NCBI RefSeq assembly: GCF_964355755.1
Contig: NC_092677.1
Span: forward strand, 14,654,101 to 14,718,100
From: Antedon mediterranea
Lineage: Eukaryota > Animalia > Echinodermata
DNA: 64,000 bases
Reading direction: 5' to 3'
The notes under the pieces were generated by a model, which was not told the DNA's origin, made no database searches, and worked only from the letters and a program-made list of their open reading frames with translations. How positions within the stretch are numbered: the first letter of the stretch is position 1; each line of letters opens with the position of its first letter. The position numbers and the translations under genes are program-made. Positions 25,515 to 40,343 of the stretch are shown one piece after another.

Positions 25515-25625
25515 AAGAAAAAATGGCAACGTTGTTGTTGAGTGGCTGATCTCAATGGAGATAAGAATAAGCAAAAAGCTTAGTCAAAATCGTAAAGTAA
25601 AACAGCCAGAACGAAACGGCAAGCT
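25515..25625 (+). repeat. Dispersed repeat family B, copy 3
   Basis: AGTGGCTGATCTCAATGGAGATAAGAATAAGCAAAAAGCTTAGTCAAAATCGTAAAGTAAAACAGCCAGAA. Confidence 0.8.
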
Positions 25626-27114
25626 TTCAGAAAATCACTATTCCTTCTCATAACAATATATTGAAAGGGAATATTATAATGAAAGGGTTTATTTAGTATA
25701 AATAAATATAATAATCTGAAAAAAATGATCAGTTTATAGGTAGCAAAATTCTGTATCACCAGTAGACGCCCTCACTAAACTAAATCTTAATGTGTATTTT
25801 ATGCATTTTTTATTGTCACCTTAAGCCGTAACCACGTATTTGATCAATAACACCGTACTTAATTAAAACAAACTTACGAGCAGAGTAGAGACAGTGATCT
25901 TACGGGAGTTGGAAATTAGCGTTCAAAATCACTTGCTAAATGATACTTGTAGTCATTTGCACATCGGTGATGTCTTTTAAAACGTCGCAAATGAATTTCA
26001 TTCACCTCCTATTGTGCGAGTAAATCCTCTTAAATGGGCTCGTTTATCATATTTGGCCCAACTTTGCATAACTCATTGGACTATATTGTAGTAACATAAC
26101 CAATGCTGCAGTGTTGCTATAGCAGCATGCTCTGCCAAGTATAAAGTTTTAAAATTAAATTTGGTTGTTCTTCATCCTTTTAATATTAATACATATTTTA
26201 CTATTGTAAGCATAGAATAAAATTACTTTTAAAATTTTAATTGAATTAATAACTAATAATGTAGATTAATAAATAACAATTTAGATTATAATTAATAATT
26301 TAAATTCATTATTAATTTTGATTAATAAAAAATAATTTAATTTAAATATAATTTTTTATATTAATTGTTTTAATAGAGTACTTAAATTAGCCCCGGTGAT
26401 GAAATAGTGTTTTTGGAAAGCATGCAATTTTCTCTAAGCTGTTTACTTTCATTATCTTGTTTTCAATCTTTATTTTTATCATATTTTTGCATTGTTATCT
26501 TCTTTATAGATACATTGTACATATATTTCTATTCTTTTCTATTCTATTATTTTATTATCATCATCATCTTCCTATATTGTGCAGAACCTCATTTAAGTGT
26601 AGTCGCACATGGGTTGATCACATTATTATAGCACCCTCTGCTATAATTAATTAATGGATTGTATGCATTAATTAGAAAGTTGTTTACTCTAGAAGTGTTT
26701 TATGTAGACTTATCCTAGCCCGCAGACATATCATTTCACCCACAGTAAAATATCTGCCTAAGGGTATATTAAAGTACAAGGGTTATTAACAAAATGATCT
26801 TGACAATAAGCTTCACATTAGAGAAGGGCCGCAGTCGATTATGCTTTTTTTCTCCTCTTTGTTTTCATTTAATAAAGATTGCTTATTTTTAGAAGTCTTA
26901 TCGGTGATGTCTGTTACATTCCGATTAAACAATAAAAAAATATATGAATTTATACAGCAAAATCATATTTTTACAGACTGTATCTCTCGCACTAACTCAA
27001 ATGAAATATTTAAGGGTAGTTTTGGTTTAGAATTTCTTTTGTGTTTCATAAATCACAAACCTTTGCAACAACATTGATAATAACACTTTGTTTTAACAGC
27101 ACTAATCAAAATCA

Positions 27115-27241
27115 ATCAAACTTTATGTGACAAAAAATGTGATGTACCCATATATGGATGATGTCATATTACTACCATGTTTGGGCATATCCCTGCCATA
27201 TTTGGGTACATCACACTACTTTTGATAGTGTAGACAGAGCC
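27115..27241. mobile_element. MITE family A, copy 2 (left TIR eroded)
   Basis: ATCAAACTTTATGTGACAAAAAATGTGATG...TTTGATAGTGTAGACAGAGC. Confidence 0.85.
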
Positions 27242-30200
27242 TTAAGGAAACATGAGCATCATAAAATTGGTGCCTTGTACATAACTTTTATCTGGTGATA
27301 ATAAAGATAGAAATTTAACCAACATTTACTCTATCTACATCTTATTGAGGCATTTTCGTTTAAAAAAAAGAATTTATAAATCATATGAAAAGGATTGAAA
27401 TTTTGTCAAAAACATTTTAAAATGTCTTATACAAGCCAATGAAGCAGGAGTGAAAATATAACCTCATTTACAGATGTACAATGTAGTATACAGCCATGTT
27501 CCCCCTACATGATATATGGAAAAACCAAGGAGTATCTTTAGTAGAATTTACTGTATCCTACATTTTATAATTCTAAGTTCACGAGGTTGTCTACAAAGTG
27601 GGACACTATCTCATGAACTTTTATGAAATACTTTATATGTGTTTTTTTTCCTACATCCTTTGTTCGTGTACGTCTATTTTGTGATGATATGATTGTTATT
27701 TGTTCATGTATGCACCTAATATACTTGGTAATTACGTTTCCGTTTTGAGTTAATATTGAGATATTTATCATTTCGGTAATGAAAACAATTTTCGTTTGCT
27801 TTTTTTTTCATCAATAATAAAAAAAAAATTGAATTAATATTTGAACATAACATTTAATTATAATCTACTGGTGAACTAGTCAACAACATGTGTCCACTAA
27901 ACATGGCAAAATGTACCTTTTTGTGTTTGCTACAGAATTACATTTATGTATTATATATTTTAATACTGTATTCATTTTCAATACAAGAATAGTAGAGTTA
28001 CAAATATTTATGTAATGTGTTGAATGAGTAATAAAATTATTGTTTTGTAAATGTTGATTTTTGTTTAATGTAAACATATCAAATTGATGGGCCTAAAGTT
28101 TAAGTGACAGTTATCTTGACAGAAATGTGATTTCATCAATATAATTTGGTTTATGGATCATTGGCATAGTACGATTCAAATTGAAATAAATATTGTTTTT
28201 AAGACTTCTGTTGTTTTTGTAACAATTGGATACAAATATAGATATTAATATGTTTGTTGAACAAACTAAATTTCAATTTATGTGTGTACATGTCAGTATA
28301 TTAAGGTCAATGTTAGATTACTGATGTTGATTTAGATTGTATTTTGTTATTCTTCTTATGATTAAGAATTGGAAGTGTGCAATAGTTGGTTTTAATATCT
28401 TTGCTTTACAATCCCAAGGTCTGAGAGGTTCCATTTTCACCCATTGCTAGGGTTAACATAGAACTACTCCACTCTCTTAACAACGTAATTTTCTATTTTT
28501 TTAACAAAACAGCCTTCCGTTCCGTGGAAAATGAGTCCGAGTCTGAATATAGCGTTAGTTTATAATTTATCCATTTATTATTAAATGTCATTCTGACTGA
28601 AACCTTCATGTTATCACTATTTATTTTTGATAATTATTGCTTTTAATCATCAAAGTTATTTCAAATTATTAAATAATTAATTATCAATATCACCTGCATC
28701 ATCAGCAGTATAATAACAATTTATATAATAAATCACTAAATATTTTTAGCAATAATTATGTTTAATCGTAAGTTGAATATATCCATCTTGTGTGTTTGTT
28801 AGCATGGGGTGGCATTTCCCACCTGCCACGATAGCCATGAATAAGGCAAAAATACGTACTAAATTTTGTTTTTTAATTTAGTTAAAAATCTTGTAACCAT
28901 TCTTTTTAATGACAGGCTGTTTTCCATTCGTTGTCGTTAGTGAATATATTTTCAGGAAACATTAGTTTTAAAGACAGCCTTGGGTCTTCTGAACAACATA
29001 GATTAACCTTCTTCTGTACTTTTAAAGTATAAAGATGAAAAATTATTCTTGAAAATAGATGTACAAATTTTACTTTCTGAGAAAGAGTTCTGCAATTCGC
29101 TGGCTGTTTTTTTTTTCAGTATAATAAAACCATAAAACTGTTTAATACTGTTGATTAAATACCCTTTTACACCAGCTACTGTAACAAACCTGTGTCATCA
29201 TTATCTGGGTAAAATTCATAATTAGTTTATACCCCCTTGAGTAACATAGGTGGGCCTGTGTCAATTTGATTCTCAAATTAAATATTTATTAGTATTCCAA
29301 ATATAGTATATTCAACATTTTAAACAAATTAATGAAGTTTTATGTAATTTAAATACGGTACTGATGAGATTAAAAGTAGAGCTGTTTACATCGCGAACCC
29401 AGGTATCATCTAGGTTAAATTTATCCTGTACTGTATTTATCAAAGAGTATATGACATTTTTCGCATCTCCATATTTTCATCAGAAAATTCACGTAATCTC
29501 TGAATATTTAGGTCGCATGATAATATTAAAATTTTTGTTATCCAATTTGTCAAATTTCTTTTGAAAATCCACCTTTATGTCTGAAACAATTATTTCATTG
29601 AGTTGTTGCATGGTCTCTAGATATTAGGTGATGATTCCCACTTTGTGCATATCTTGACTGTCAAGGAGACACAGTGTCTTAGTGGTGTAGAGTGAAGTGT
29701 GGTTGCGATTCCTAATTGTTAAGCGCTTTATTCATTTTTGCATCTATTACTATCAGAGTACACTCTACTTTTCCAATACTCAAGAATCTGTAGGAGTAGT
29801 GAATTTCACAATGGTTAAAAACAGTTTTTGAGTTATAAAGTAAATATAATTAAAAATAACTAAAAAATTAAAATAATAAGTATTGTTGGTAAACATCGGT
29901 CCAAACACTTCTAAACATGGAAAATTGCTCATTCAAGCAAGAATAACAAATCCTAAGTGTAATGGCTACACCTCTTCTGACTGTGAATTGAGTGAGAGTA
30001 TAGTCCTGAATGTAACCTCTACAGTAGCATGTTACAACCAAACTGGTTCTTTCTTGGACAACTGGAAAGTTGTATTAAGTTTAAATAATTAGAAACATTG
30101 TTCTCAAATAATAATCAAAATAATAATTCAGCTTCCGTAGAGAACTGGCGCCAAGCAGATAATATCGGTCATGATTATCTTTCTGATTATTGATATTTTG

Positions 30201-30539
30201 AGTGGATAAACCTTTCCTATTACAACTACAGAAATCAATTTCAAGGGCTTATAGTGGAGTAAGCGCAAATGGAATTAGACGGAGTGTTACGTAGTCTGTT
30301 TTCTACTGTCTTAATTGGCTCGAAAACTGTATTTGCATTTTTTTTGGATAGAATGTTGCTATTTCAAAATCATATAATTATGTTGACACTGTGGGCTTGT
30401 TTTTAGTCGCATGAATTCTTGTGCAACTTTTTTGTTATATGAGAATTTCCAATGAAGGAATATATAGGTTGCTGATAAAAGTTTGGCAATTTGAACATGA
30501 TCCCTCACCAAATCACTAACCACATGTATGATTTGTAGT

Positions 30540-30642
30540 GGAGCTATAGCTTGGTGGTTAATGTGCTTGTCTTCCAATTTAAAAGTCCAGGGTTCAATCC
30601 TGACCTATTGCCATGGGTTGTAACTCAACTCCACTCCCTGAA
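30540..30642 (+). mobile_element. tRNA-derived SINE head (degenerate); weaker relative at ~28378-28457
   Basis: A-box-like TAGCTTGGTGG and B-box GGTTCAATCC at tRNA-like spacing. No proper acceptor stem. Confidence 0.55.
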
Positions 30643-31444
30643 ATGACACTTTTATTTTATAAGCATAAGATTATAAAATAGTTATCCATCCTGTAATTGG
30701 TGAGTTGCTCGCTGTTGGATGCGTATGCAATGTTGAAAAATTAAAAAAAATTCATATTGAAAGATTTGTTGTTAAAATGATATGTAGAAATAATCAGTAT
30801 AAATAAGACAGAATCAACATTTTCTGAATTCATTCATTGATGTTCATCATATTAATATTTTTATCTAATTTATTTATGGATTTTTTTTTTCAGTTATAAA
30901 ATTACTTTTTTAAACTTTAATACATCATCAGTCTTTGCTATTCCATAATGCATTAGAAAACACCTAGCATCATAAATAGTTTAAAATGAAAGAATATCTG
31001 AAATTGTAGAATTAAAAATTTAAATGATCTTGGGGGATTGAAGGTATGATATTTAAATATACATGCATTCTCAAATTTCCAAACAAGAATTGTGTGGTTC
31101 TACTATGTAACTCATTTATTGGTAACTGTATACTTATTGCGGGTCACTCGGGGGAGAAATATGATCATCATCTCGGGATCAGGAATGACAGGGCTTGCTT
31201 ATTGGATTCTCCTTTATTAGCTCTTTCCTAAAATGTTTTCTAGCTTTGCTGTAGGCTTTTTGAAGATGTGAGTATCTGTACACTCATTTTTATTGTATGA
31301 ATCAACTATTGGTTGCATGTTTATAAATCTCTGTTCTTGGTGTGTACATCCCTCTAACAAGCTATACTAGGATTTGGTGCAGATGAGGCTCCCCCCTCCC
31401 CCTCCTTCCAATAATTGGTATAACATCAACAGGTACTAGTTTTC

Positions 31445-31575
31445 ACCCCTGACTCATGGGTCAGATGATGCCATGGGTTATGTAGAGTGCACAGAAACCA
31501 CACTCCATTTTTAAGTTGTTCTCCAAGAACACTTGTTCTATCACCAAGTGGTTGAGAAGATAGCTTGGAACCTCC
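31445..31575 (-). mobile_element. Nin/Deu-like SINE fragment, highly degenerate
   Basis: CACCCCTGACTC...GATGCCATGGGTTATGTAGAGTGCAC...TTTTAAG...CCAAGAACACTTGTTCTA, similar to 23466-23560. Confidence 0.45.
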
Positions 31576-31733
31576 TTTGATATTATATTCTTTTTCACAT
31601 GAGCAGATTGAGAAGGTACAAGTACAAGATCCCACAGAAAAAGATATGATTTTTTCTTTTTTCACCTTTCAAAAATGGTCAGAACTGTAAATATTATGCA
31701 TCCCAGTATCTTCTGTCACTTTTAAGTTCTCCA

Positions 31734-32012
31734 TTTTGGTGCCATACACCATTTATCTTTAACAAAAACTAATAAAAAAATAAAGAATTCTTAAACTGTT
31801 TTATTTTATAATTGTATGCTTTTTTTTTTTGGTGCCATTACATCATTTGTCTTGAAATTAATCAAAAAATAAAGACTTTTTAAATTTTTATATATGATAA
31901 TAGTATTCTTGTTTCTTTTTTCTTTTTCGTGCCATACTCCATTTATCTTTAAACTTATCAAAAAATAAAGACTTTTTAAATTGTTCTGTATTATAATTGT
32001 ATTCTTGTTTCA
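31734..32012. repeat. ~95-bp unit tandem triplication
   Basis: Three copies of TTTTGGTGCCATACACCATTTATCTT...AAAAAATAAAGA...TAATTGTAT. Confidence 0.85.
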
Positions 32013-33720
32013 TTTTCTGTGTGTGAAACTTATTTTTTTATTTGAATAGATACAGAATTGTAACTAATGTCACCAACCTCACGCATTCGAACAAAGAAAT
32101 CTCATTGATTTCAGATTGCATCTGGTTTTTATACAATTAACAAAGATAAATTATGAAATAATAGAGAGCACAACCAATCAAGCTAATACTAGCACAATAT
32201 AATAACGACAAAGGACTAGTGTGCCGCCGCCACATTCCACCAGACAATTCTTAAACAATGTAGAATAATATCAAACAGAATTAACCTAGAAATCGTCAAC
32301 TTCAACTTTTGTGTATTGAGTGTTAAACGTGCAACTGCTTCGTGCAACAGTACGATCTTATTGTAACTGTTTCATTTTCCAAACAAGACTATCAAAAGGT
32401 GAACGACCTAATATGAATTGATGTTACCGCCCATATGGTTTAATCATATGTATATTAGTTACTTATGATTAAGTAGTATGTGATCTTAGTGAAAAAATGA
32501 ATGCTTCGAGTCTCTGTGATTTGGATTAATTGGAGAGGAATTCCATTACATTTACTTAATAAATATCAATGTGCTTTGTTTAATAAGACAAAGATAGAAA
32601 AAGATTAGTGGAAAGTGCATATTTAATATTCTTTTCTCCAAATATTACTTGAGGCAATAATATCAAAGAATACAATATAGTTTAGTAATTTAATAATATT
32701 TTCTATTATATAAAACCAAACTTCAGTGGCATTACTTATTGTATGTAGCTTGACTTTTTGTTTAAATCGATATTGATAAGTGAAGTTTGTTTGTATGGAA
32801 TAACTTTGTCTAAGAAAAAAAGCAAAAATAATATTTGCTTATGTTACTGCTGTATGTTTCTCTTGCAAGTGAATGAATGTTCAGATCTAGAACCATGAGT
32901 CAACTCATATTTTCTTATAGGTTGAGCAAAAAATAATTAATTCAAATGTAATAGAAACAAGAGTAGTCGAAACAAATTTTTTACTAACACAGTTTATAAG
33001 GTGTAAATTTTATCAAATAAAATGTTAATTTGAATAACTGGTTTGACTCATTTTAATAAGGCCGCTGTCTTTGGCTTTCAAAATCATAATATCGTAAACT
33101 TTTTAATATATCCTCATTACCATCAATGACTGCAATAAATGAATAAAGATGAATAAATCTACATTTTATGTTCTATTTTGTCGTTTTCTGTGACACAACA
33201 ATGTCCCTTTCAACTGACCCCATTGCACACCATTTTCCCATTTTACTTTTAGCAATTTTATTTCATCTTTGAGCTCACCTAATTTGTTATTGCAGCAGAA
33301 TTACGCTGATTGATCAAATTTTCGTGTAGTGAATTCATTCATTACTGTTGGGATAATCTATCGTTGTCTCCCACCAGTCCTTTACATTCTCATGGGAGTG
33401 GCTAAGAATGATGCTATGAATATTCTTATTCAGTCTATTTTGTTACTATGTAATTTTTTTCACGGTCAATGTTCAGAACCTGTTTCATGTAGCGCCCTCT
33501 ATTCAATCAATTTTTTAACAAAATTATAGCAAATTAAATATTATTTTTTGTTATAACCTGGAAACACAATAGCTATAATTCATCGATGACAACAAAAAAA
33601 CTTCCAAAATATAGCAATAGTTTTTAAAAATGCATTAGGTTTTGATACATTTTTGTATGTGATAGATGTGAATGAAAACACTAATGCATATAATGCGTAT
33701 TAGTTGGCTTTAGGCCAATG

Positions 33721-33843
33721 TAACAAAAATGTGTGTTGTACCCAAATATGATATTGATATGACATATGGTGATATATCATCATGTCCATATATGGGCATA
33801 TCACATTTTTTGTCACATAAAGTTATAGTGTAGACAGAGCTTA
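33721..33843. mobile_element. MITE family A, copy 3 (partial)
   Basis: CATGTCCATATATGGGCATATCACATTTTTTGTCACATAAAGTTATAGTGTAGACAGAGC. Confidence 0.85.
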
Positions 33844-35731
33844 AGAAAATATTTTTCCTCCAGCACAGGTTGATGTATTGGCATATCTCGATGCATACCT
33901 GCCATCCACATCAAGTTTCTCGTTACTGTAGTTTCTGACTTGTCTGCTACCCTCTATAGTTATAACTGCCTATAGGTGGCAGCAAACATGTCTTGTGTAA
34001 TATCAGCTTGACTTGCATGTTCTATTTCAAAATAAAACTATATAATATGTTAAATGTAAAATAGTATTTATGTATTTCAATGTATTTCTTTCAGTTTCCA
34101 TTTAAGCTCAAGATGATACCAATAGTCACCAATAATGTTAATTTATGCAAATGTACAGTAAACCACTTGGACTTTTATGGTGTATTTAAGTTTGAGTCCG
34201 ATTTGACAGCATTTGTTAACTTACATTTAATACCAGTAAAGTAAAAAAGAAATCGTCATATTTAATTCATTTTATTTCAACATGTTGACGTTATTAATTT
34301 AGCTAAAGGGGATACTAAGAAGCAAATATAAAAAAAAATAAAAAAAATCATTAATAGGTAACCTTGATGTCATCTGAGTGTTTAGTTCTGTATTTGCATA
34401 TTGAAACCCCTATGTCAATCATAATACCATAGCAGTTATTATATCCTTAATGTATTGTATCATTAGAAATCATGGGTTTCAGGCAAAATTGAATAAATTT
34501 GCATAAATTATTGATTCAATGCATGGTAATTAATTACTTTGGGTTGAGAGCTGCCTTTAGTTTTATTTCAGTAATTAGTAATTTACATAACTACTTGAAA
34601 TAGCAGATGGGAAAGGTTCCAACAATTCCTAATTTAAAAAAAAATAATAATAAACTATGATTTCTTTTTTTGTGTGCACATTTACTGTTTGAACTCGGAG
34701 TAGGACAGCCTTTTGTATGTGTAAAAAATGACTAACCCATTTATTGCCATAGTTTGACCATCTTATGAAATATCTTAAATACTTGAGCTCACATTTAAAT
34801 AATGCTTAATTCTACAGTCAGCATTATCTAAGCATAAAATAGTTGTTTTCATAGAAAAGTGTCATTAAATGTTGAATATTGTCAAAAATTATAAATGTGT
34901 TTTCTTTAATTAACAAGATGGCATAATGCGAACATTTTTAAAACATTTTGATTATTTTTAATCTCTTTGCAATGTCGTAAAAACAAAATTACTGCAACCC
35001 ATATCACGTCGAAAATTAATGAAAGTTGAGTGAAAACATCGTTCAGTTAATTAATCACAGGGTGTAATGTGCATTCAAATACGCCTTGAGCTGTTATGCG
35101 TCAAAATATGTCTGTAGGTACCGGATGCCCTTGTATGTAGACCTAGTATTAGAGATGTTCTATGCCTTTCATTGTGATCGAGAGATTTGACAATCGATCA
35201 ATTATCACCACAAAACTAGGCTATCATTGTGTGTGTGCAAGAGGATCGTTGTCCTGCCCTGGGGGCTTATTGAAAATAAGCGATCGTATTGAAAATAAGC
35301 GATCGTAGCGTAATTGTGTGATTTCCCGATAGCATATTTAATACTCGTTTTAGTGTCGTCTTCCACTCATTATTAACAGATATTTTAAACGTAGTTAAAG
35401 TACTATAGCTCTCTTTTCAACTTGTTTATCACAATTTAATTAATTAAATACTGTATATAGCTATTATAATGTTGGATGGCATGGAGAAGTTTTGCCAGTG
35501 CATTTTCATGTGTAACCTCACACTCTTAATTTTATTTTCTGTACCACTGTATCAGACACTACTTTGATTTTACCTTAAAACCTGCTAACTTGGAAAAATA
35601 AAATATCTAGAGGTTTTACGAAATATATGCTATAATATTTTGAAAAATACATCAAACCATTAAGGGCACACTATTACAAATTTAAAGGCATACATATTTA
35701 TAATAGAAAGCAGGGTATTTAAGGAACAAAG

Positions 35732-36114
35732 GAGTAAATACGATGCCAACTCACATACGGTTAAACAGGAAGTCCCTTGAGACCGGGACAAAAAATGACT
35801 GCTTACAAAAGGTGACCGCTTACAGGAGGTTCTGTCAATAGAGGACTAAAATCACATATTTATTGACTATGCACGATATTTTCCGCTGTTTTTCACAAAA
35901 ATGTTTTTAAAACCAACCAATTCGAAATAAAACTAATAAAGCACAATAAGTATCAAAATTGTATTTTTGTTGTCAAAAGGTAATTTGCCATACAAAAAAT
36001 CTAATTTAGTAAAAAAAAGTGACCGGCCGCTTATGGGAGGTACCAAATGCACTAATTAGATAGGAAAAAAAAACAAGCTTTTGAAAATGCGGCCGCTCAC
36101 GGAGGTTCAACTGA
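35732..36114. mobile_element. Tc1/mariner (pogo/Tigger-like) non-autonomous element relic; relative at ~13765-13930
   Basis: Repeated GACCGCTTACAGGAGGTT / GGCCGCTTATGGGAGGT subterminal motifs ending GGAGGTTCAACTG. The block ATGCACT(A/G)ATTAGATAGGAA is shared with ~13874. Confidence 0.55.
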
Positions 36115-38186
36115 TTAATTTATTATAAACATCTTGCTAACAGATATTTAGCATATTTTCTTTTTTTTTATAGAAAATATCGGGATATTTTTGTTTGTTT
36201 ATTCAAAATAGTGGGAAGAAATTTTATCAGGAGAGTTGGGAGGTCTGTACCTTAGTGGGAAAAAGAATTTGATTTCTCTGAGAATCTTGCAGCAGAAAGC
36301 TATGAATATGTTATGCTATGCACATATTCTAATTCTCTTGCGCTTTTACTGTGTTTTTAAGTAAATTGATTTTTTGTATCGATTATAATTCTAAAATTCT
36401 TGACAATTTCAATGTCTCAAGTTGATGTGTTGTCAGATTAAGATTTATATATCTGCTGATACCATCTTGTATATCTTTAACATTTATCACTCCTTTTCCT
36501 TTAAATCTTGCTTTTAAGATTAGATAAATACTCAGCGTTTTTCCCAATTGACACTGCTCTTGAACGCTAAGGCGATTAGAGTGAGGTAGATTTACTCAGC
36601 GTGTCGTAAGTATAGCATTGTTTTCAGTAAAATTGACAAAAATACCCATTAAAATGGAGACGAGTTTCCTCTCATCGTTAAGGCGACCACCTTTTCAGTA
36701 ATCCCTAAAAATACTAAAATAATATTAACTGTCTACAAGACTATTGTGATGAGATGCTTTATGTGAATGTTGCCCTCTATAGTTCATTAGTTCATATAAT
36801 ATAACAGTATGGTCGTTTATTTGGGCCTATATCTTGTAATTTATATATTGCTCTTTTACGTTTTGAGCATTTTTGTTGATTGTTTAGATCAAGTTTAACA
36901 TTTAATTGTAGTCTTATAATTAAATAATAATAATAATTTAATTAATTTAAAGCTACACTTTTGAAACAGTGGCACACTTAAATTAAGTCCAGAGTAAGTA
37001 AAATAAAAGTTTAACAAAAATGATTTAATAATAGGCCCAAGGAAACTTATATATAAAAAATAACATTAAGAAAAGAACTAAGCATTTTCATTGTTGATTT
37101 CCATGAGCCATGTACTGTATGTGGTATACACGTTCTGATGAAAGATTTTAATTAAATGCTGCCCTCTATAATTGATACCAACATCTGTACCTAAGATAAT
37201 GCGTAATTAAAGATTGCACATTTCAATACACGACTAGATTTTCTTTGGATTATAAATACATACTGATGAGTTATTAGTTCAACAAAAAGATTACCAAACA
37301 TGCTGATTGCAGAAAAAAAATCCTGCCTACCACATAATCTTTGATGATGGAATTTTACAACCAATAATGGCACAATTACTTAGTCTTAGTAACATTCTAA
37401 TACGCATAATTCTTTTTAATCTTTTTCTTATATGAATAACGAAAAGGTGAAGCATCTTTCTCCAGATGTTCTCATATTTATGTACCTAAAAATTAATATA
37501 TTTCAAAGAGGAGCGGTTAATTCTAGACACGAGATATGGTACTTAAAAAATAAATTTTTTTGATGGGAAAGCTTGTTATGTTTGAGTGTATTTCATACCA
37601 ATCTTTATAAGTCGTAACATCTGGTTTTGTTTTTCGTATATTTCTCTATGAAAAAAAAGGTAAATTTTGATGTTTTACAATTTACTTATTAAGAAATATC
37701 TGGTTGGTGAAATTCTAACATTTCAATCTGTGTTTATTCTCACTTTAATTTTGCTTCCTTTTAAAAATTCACTCATGTCTTGAATAAAACATTACATTAT
37801 ATATACACCATCTCATTTAACCTAATTTAACAGAATGTTCCTTTTAAAATTTCATGCGTATATACTTAGAGTAATACGTTTATTAATTATACATACGTTA
37901 TAAGTTATTAATATTTTATGATACATTCAATGTATCCAGCTCTCATGTGAAATCTTGAGTGTATTTATAACAATATTTTTATTTTGGTATGAATATAAAT
38001 ATCACAGGCACAGGATCCGCCCGGTGATATACTAAAATTTTATTAATTTATTTGAAATGATAACGATGAGGAAATCTGTGAGAATGAGAAAAAGTTATGA
38101 ATATTGTGAAAATCATTTTCTTCTTTCATTTTGCTATTCTAGACCAGAAAGTACCAAAAAGTAGGCCTACATAATGTTTTTTCTTA

Positions 38187-38307
38187 TAAGCTCTGTCTAC
38201 ACTATCAAACTTTATGTGACAACAAAATGTGATGTGCCTATATGGACACCATATTTGGGCATATCACTACCATATTTGGGTACATCACATGATAGTTCAG
38301 ACATAGC
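38187..38307. mobile_element. MITE family A, copy 4
   Basis: TAAGCTCTGTCTACACTATCAAACTTTATGTGAC...GATAGTTCAGACATAGCT. Confidence 0.85.
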
Positions 38308-38896
38308 TACAGATTTTGTGTGATATATAGTTATACCTTTTACATCTTCAATTTTGCATCACTGCATTTCCAAAGTGTTTTGGTCCCATTCTATTTCTTT
38401 GTGTTGTTGATACAAATTATCATTAAAATACAGAAGCACCCAATCATTATTATCTTTACCCCAACCCAGCATACCAATTGCTTTATTGTTTATTTCATTT
38501 TCACCACTGACCCCAAGTATTTTCATTATTTTTTATATATGAGGTCATTGACTTCTGTATCTCATGTACTGTACAGTATATATTGTAGATTTTGATAAGG
38601 ATCACTATCATAATACACTGTATTTTTAGGGCTACATAACCTGTATAGAGTAAGTATGTGAGTCATTGTAAACAAATTATGATATTGTTCTCTTTTGTAA
38701 GAAGAAATAGTTTCATCACCAGAATGAGAGTTTATATAAAAGATACATTGTAATATGTACATGGAACCACATGAGCCACACAAATGAATTTTAAATATCT
38801 TCAAAATTATAACAATTTATTTGTACAATTTGTTTAGGTCAATATTTAGACCTACTGCACTTTCAAGTAAGAGTTTACTTCAAAGTTAATTTTTTG

Positions 38897-39055
38897 TAAA
38901 GCTCTGTCTGCACTATCAAACTTTATGTGACAACAAAATCTGATGTGCCCATAATGGACATGATGATGTCATACCACTACCATATTTGGGTACTGTATAT
39001 CACTACTATAGTTGCAGGCACATCACAGTTTTTTTTGTTGAACTATTTTAATAGT
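38897..39055. mobile_element. MITE family A, copy 5
   Basis: TAAAGCTCTGTCTGCACTATCAAACTTTATGTGAC...; right end eroded. Confidence 0.83.
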
Positions 39056-40227
39056 TTAGGTCTCAAGAAATTTAAACTTGTATCAACTCTGTTTGTAAAT
39101 TTTGAACTTTATTAATATTCTTCCATCAACATTTTTTAATCTAAAGAAATTTAGCAACTAAATTTTATTCTGTTGGGATTCCCAATATAGAAAATATTGA
39201 AGATCTGTCATTAATTATGCTTACATTGATGTTTTGGATGTTAAGAAATTTAGCAACTAACTTTGATAGAAAACTCTGACAAATTTGTATCAACTCTGTT
39301 TGTAACTTTGAACCTTTAGTATACACATATTTTTTACTGCTGGATTGGATAAATTTTAAGCCAGATTGCATATGTCTCGAAAATAAACATTATTTATATC
39401 TCTAATAATAGTTTGAGGGTTTATGGTTGTATGTTGTTTTGTGGTTAACATGACCCTAAGGTGAAATATGCAAACAGCCATAATATTTCTGTACAACTTC
39501 ATAAATAGAACACGTAATTGCTATATAATTGCTTTTAACAATTAACTTCTTAAACAATAGATTTCAGATATGATTTATTGATCCTTATATGGTAATTATT
39601 ATTCTTTTTTTTTTTGGTCTCATCAGAAAAAAGTACTTCTACTATAAATCAAATATGAAAACAACTAGAGCGCCAATTGAATTAAAAAATAATGTGACCA
39701 GGAGCGCTTCAGTTAAAATGGAGAAAAATAAAATGATGGTGATTCAGGAATTAAATCTTGCGTGAAAACAATGCCGATGCTTCATGAATAAATTAGAATG
39801 CGATTTTTTTTTCTCTAGAAATTTTGTCTCTGAAAGTAAGTATGCATCAGTGTTGCGAGGTCAATAACCTAGTTGTAAAAACTGTTAAATTCTACCACAT
39901 AATGATAACACACTTACAAATAAAGCCACGATTCATAGAAATGTATCTATCAATAAAAACCATTTATTCTGCTTCCACTTCTCATTAACAAGTCATTGAA
40001 AGTGTCTGCGTATTCAGAACTTTTATTGCTGAATCCACATAATTTGCGATTGTACACTTTTAACCTCATACCATTATACCTGTCATAACCACAATAAATA
40101 CCTTGGCCTTTACTGTTTGTTCAATAATTGTTAAGGTATAGCAACTTAATCCGTATAATTGATTTGGTTACATTGTGCCAAATATGTAAACTTAATTATA
40201 CTTTTGGAAACTTAATCTTGCTTTACA

Positions 40228-40343
40228 CAGTAAAACCCTATTAAGGGAACACATAACGGATGAACAGCAATGTATGTTTCAACAGATTTTAATCCTTTTA
40301 GGAGACACTTTATGGGGGTGTCCACTTAATAGGTGTTTTACTG
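40228..40343. mobile_element. Tigger/pogo-like MITE; single matching end also at ~12845-12873
   Basis: Imperfect TIRs CAGTAAAACCCTATTAAGGGAACAC ... GTGTCCACTTAATAGGTGTTTTACTG. Confidence 0.65.

Noticed and set aside
30540-30642. Functional tRNA gene
   Set aside because: A and B boxes are present but the stems do not pair into a cloverleaf; treated as a SINE head.
32885-32915. CTAGAAC-CATGAGTCAACTCAT as another P-like footprint
   Set aside because: The left flank and short palindrome fit, but there is no matching right 7-bp repeat.
35268-35308. 19-bp tandem duplication TATTGAAAATAAGCGATCG; similar local duplications at 39065-39320 and 55067-55257
   Set aside because: Ordinary slippage or repair duplications with no further structure.
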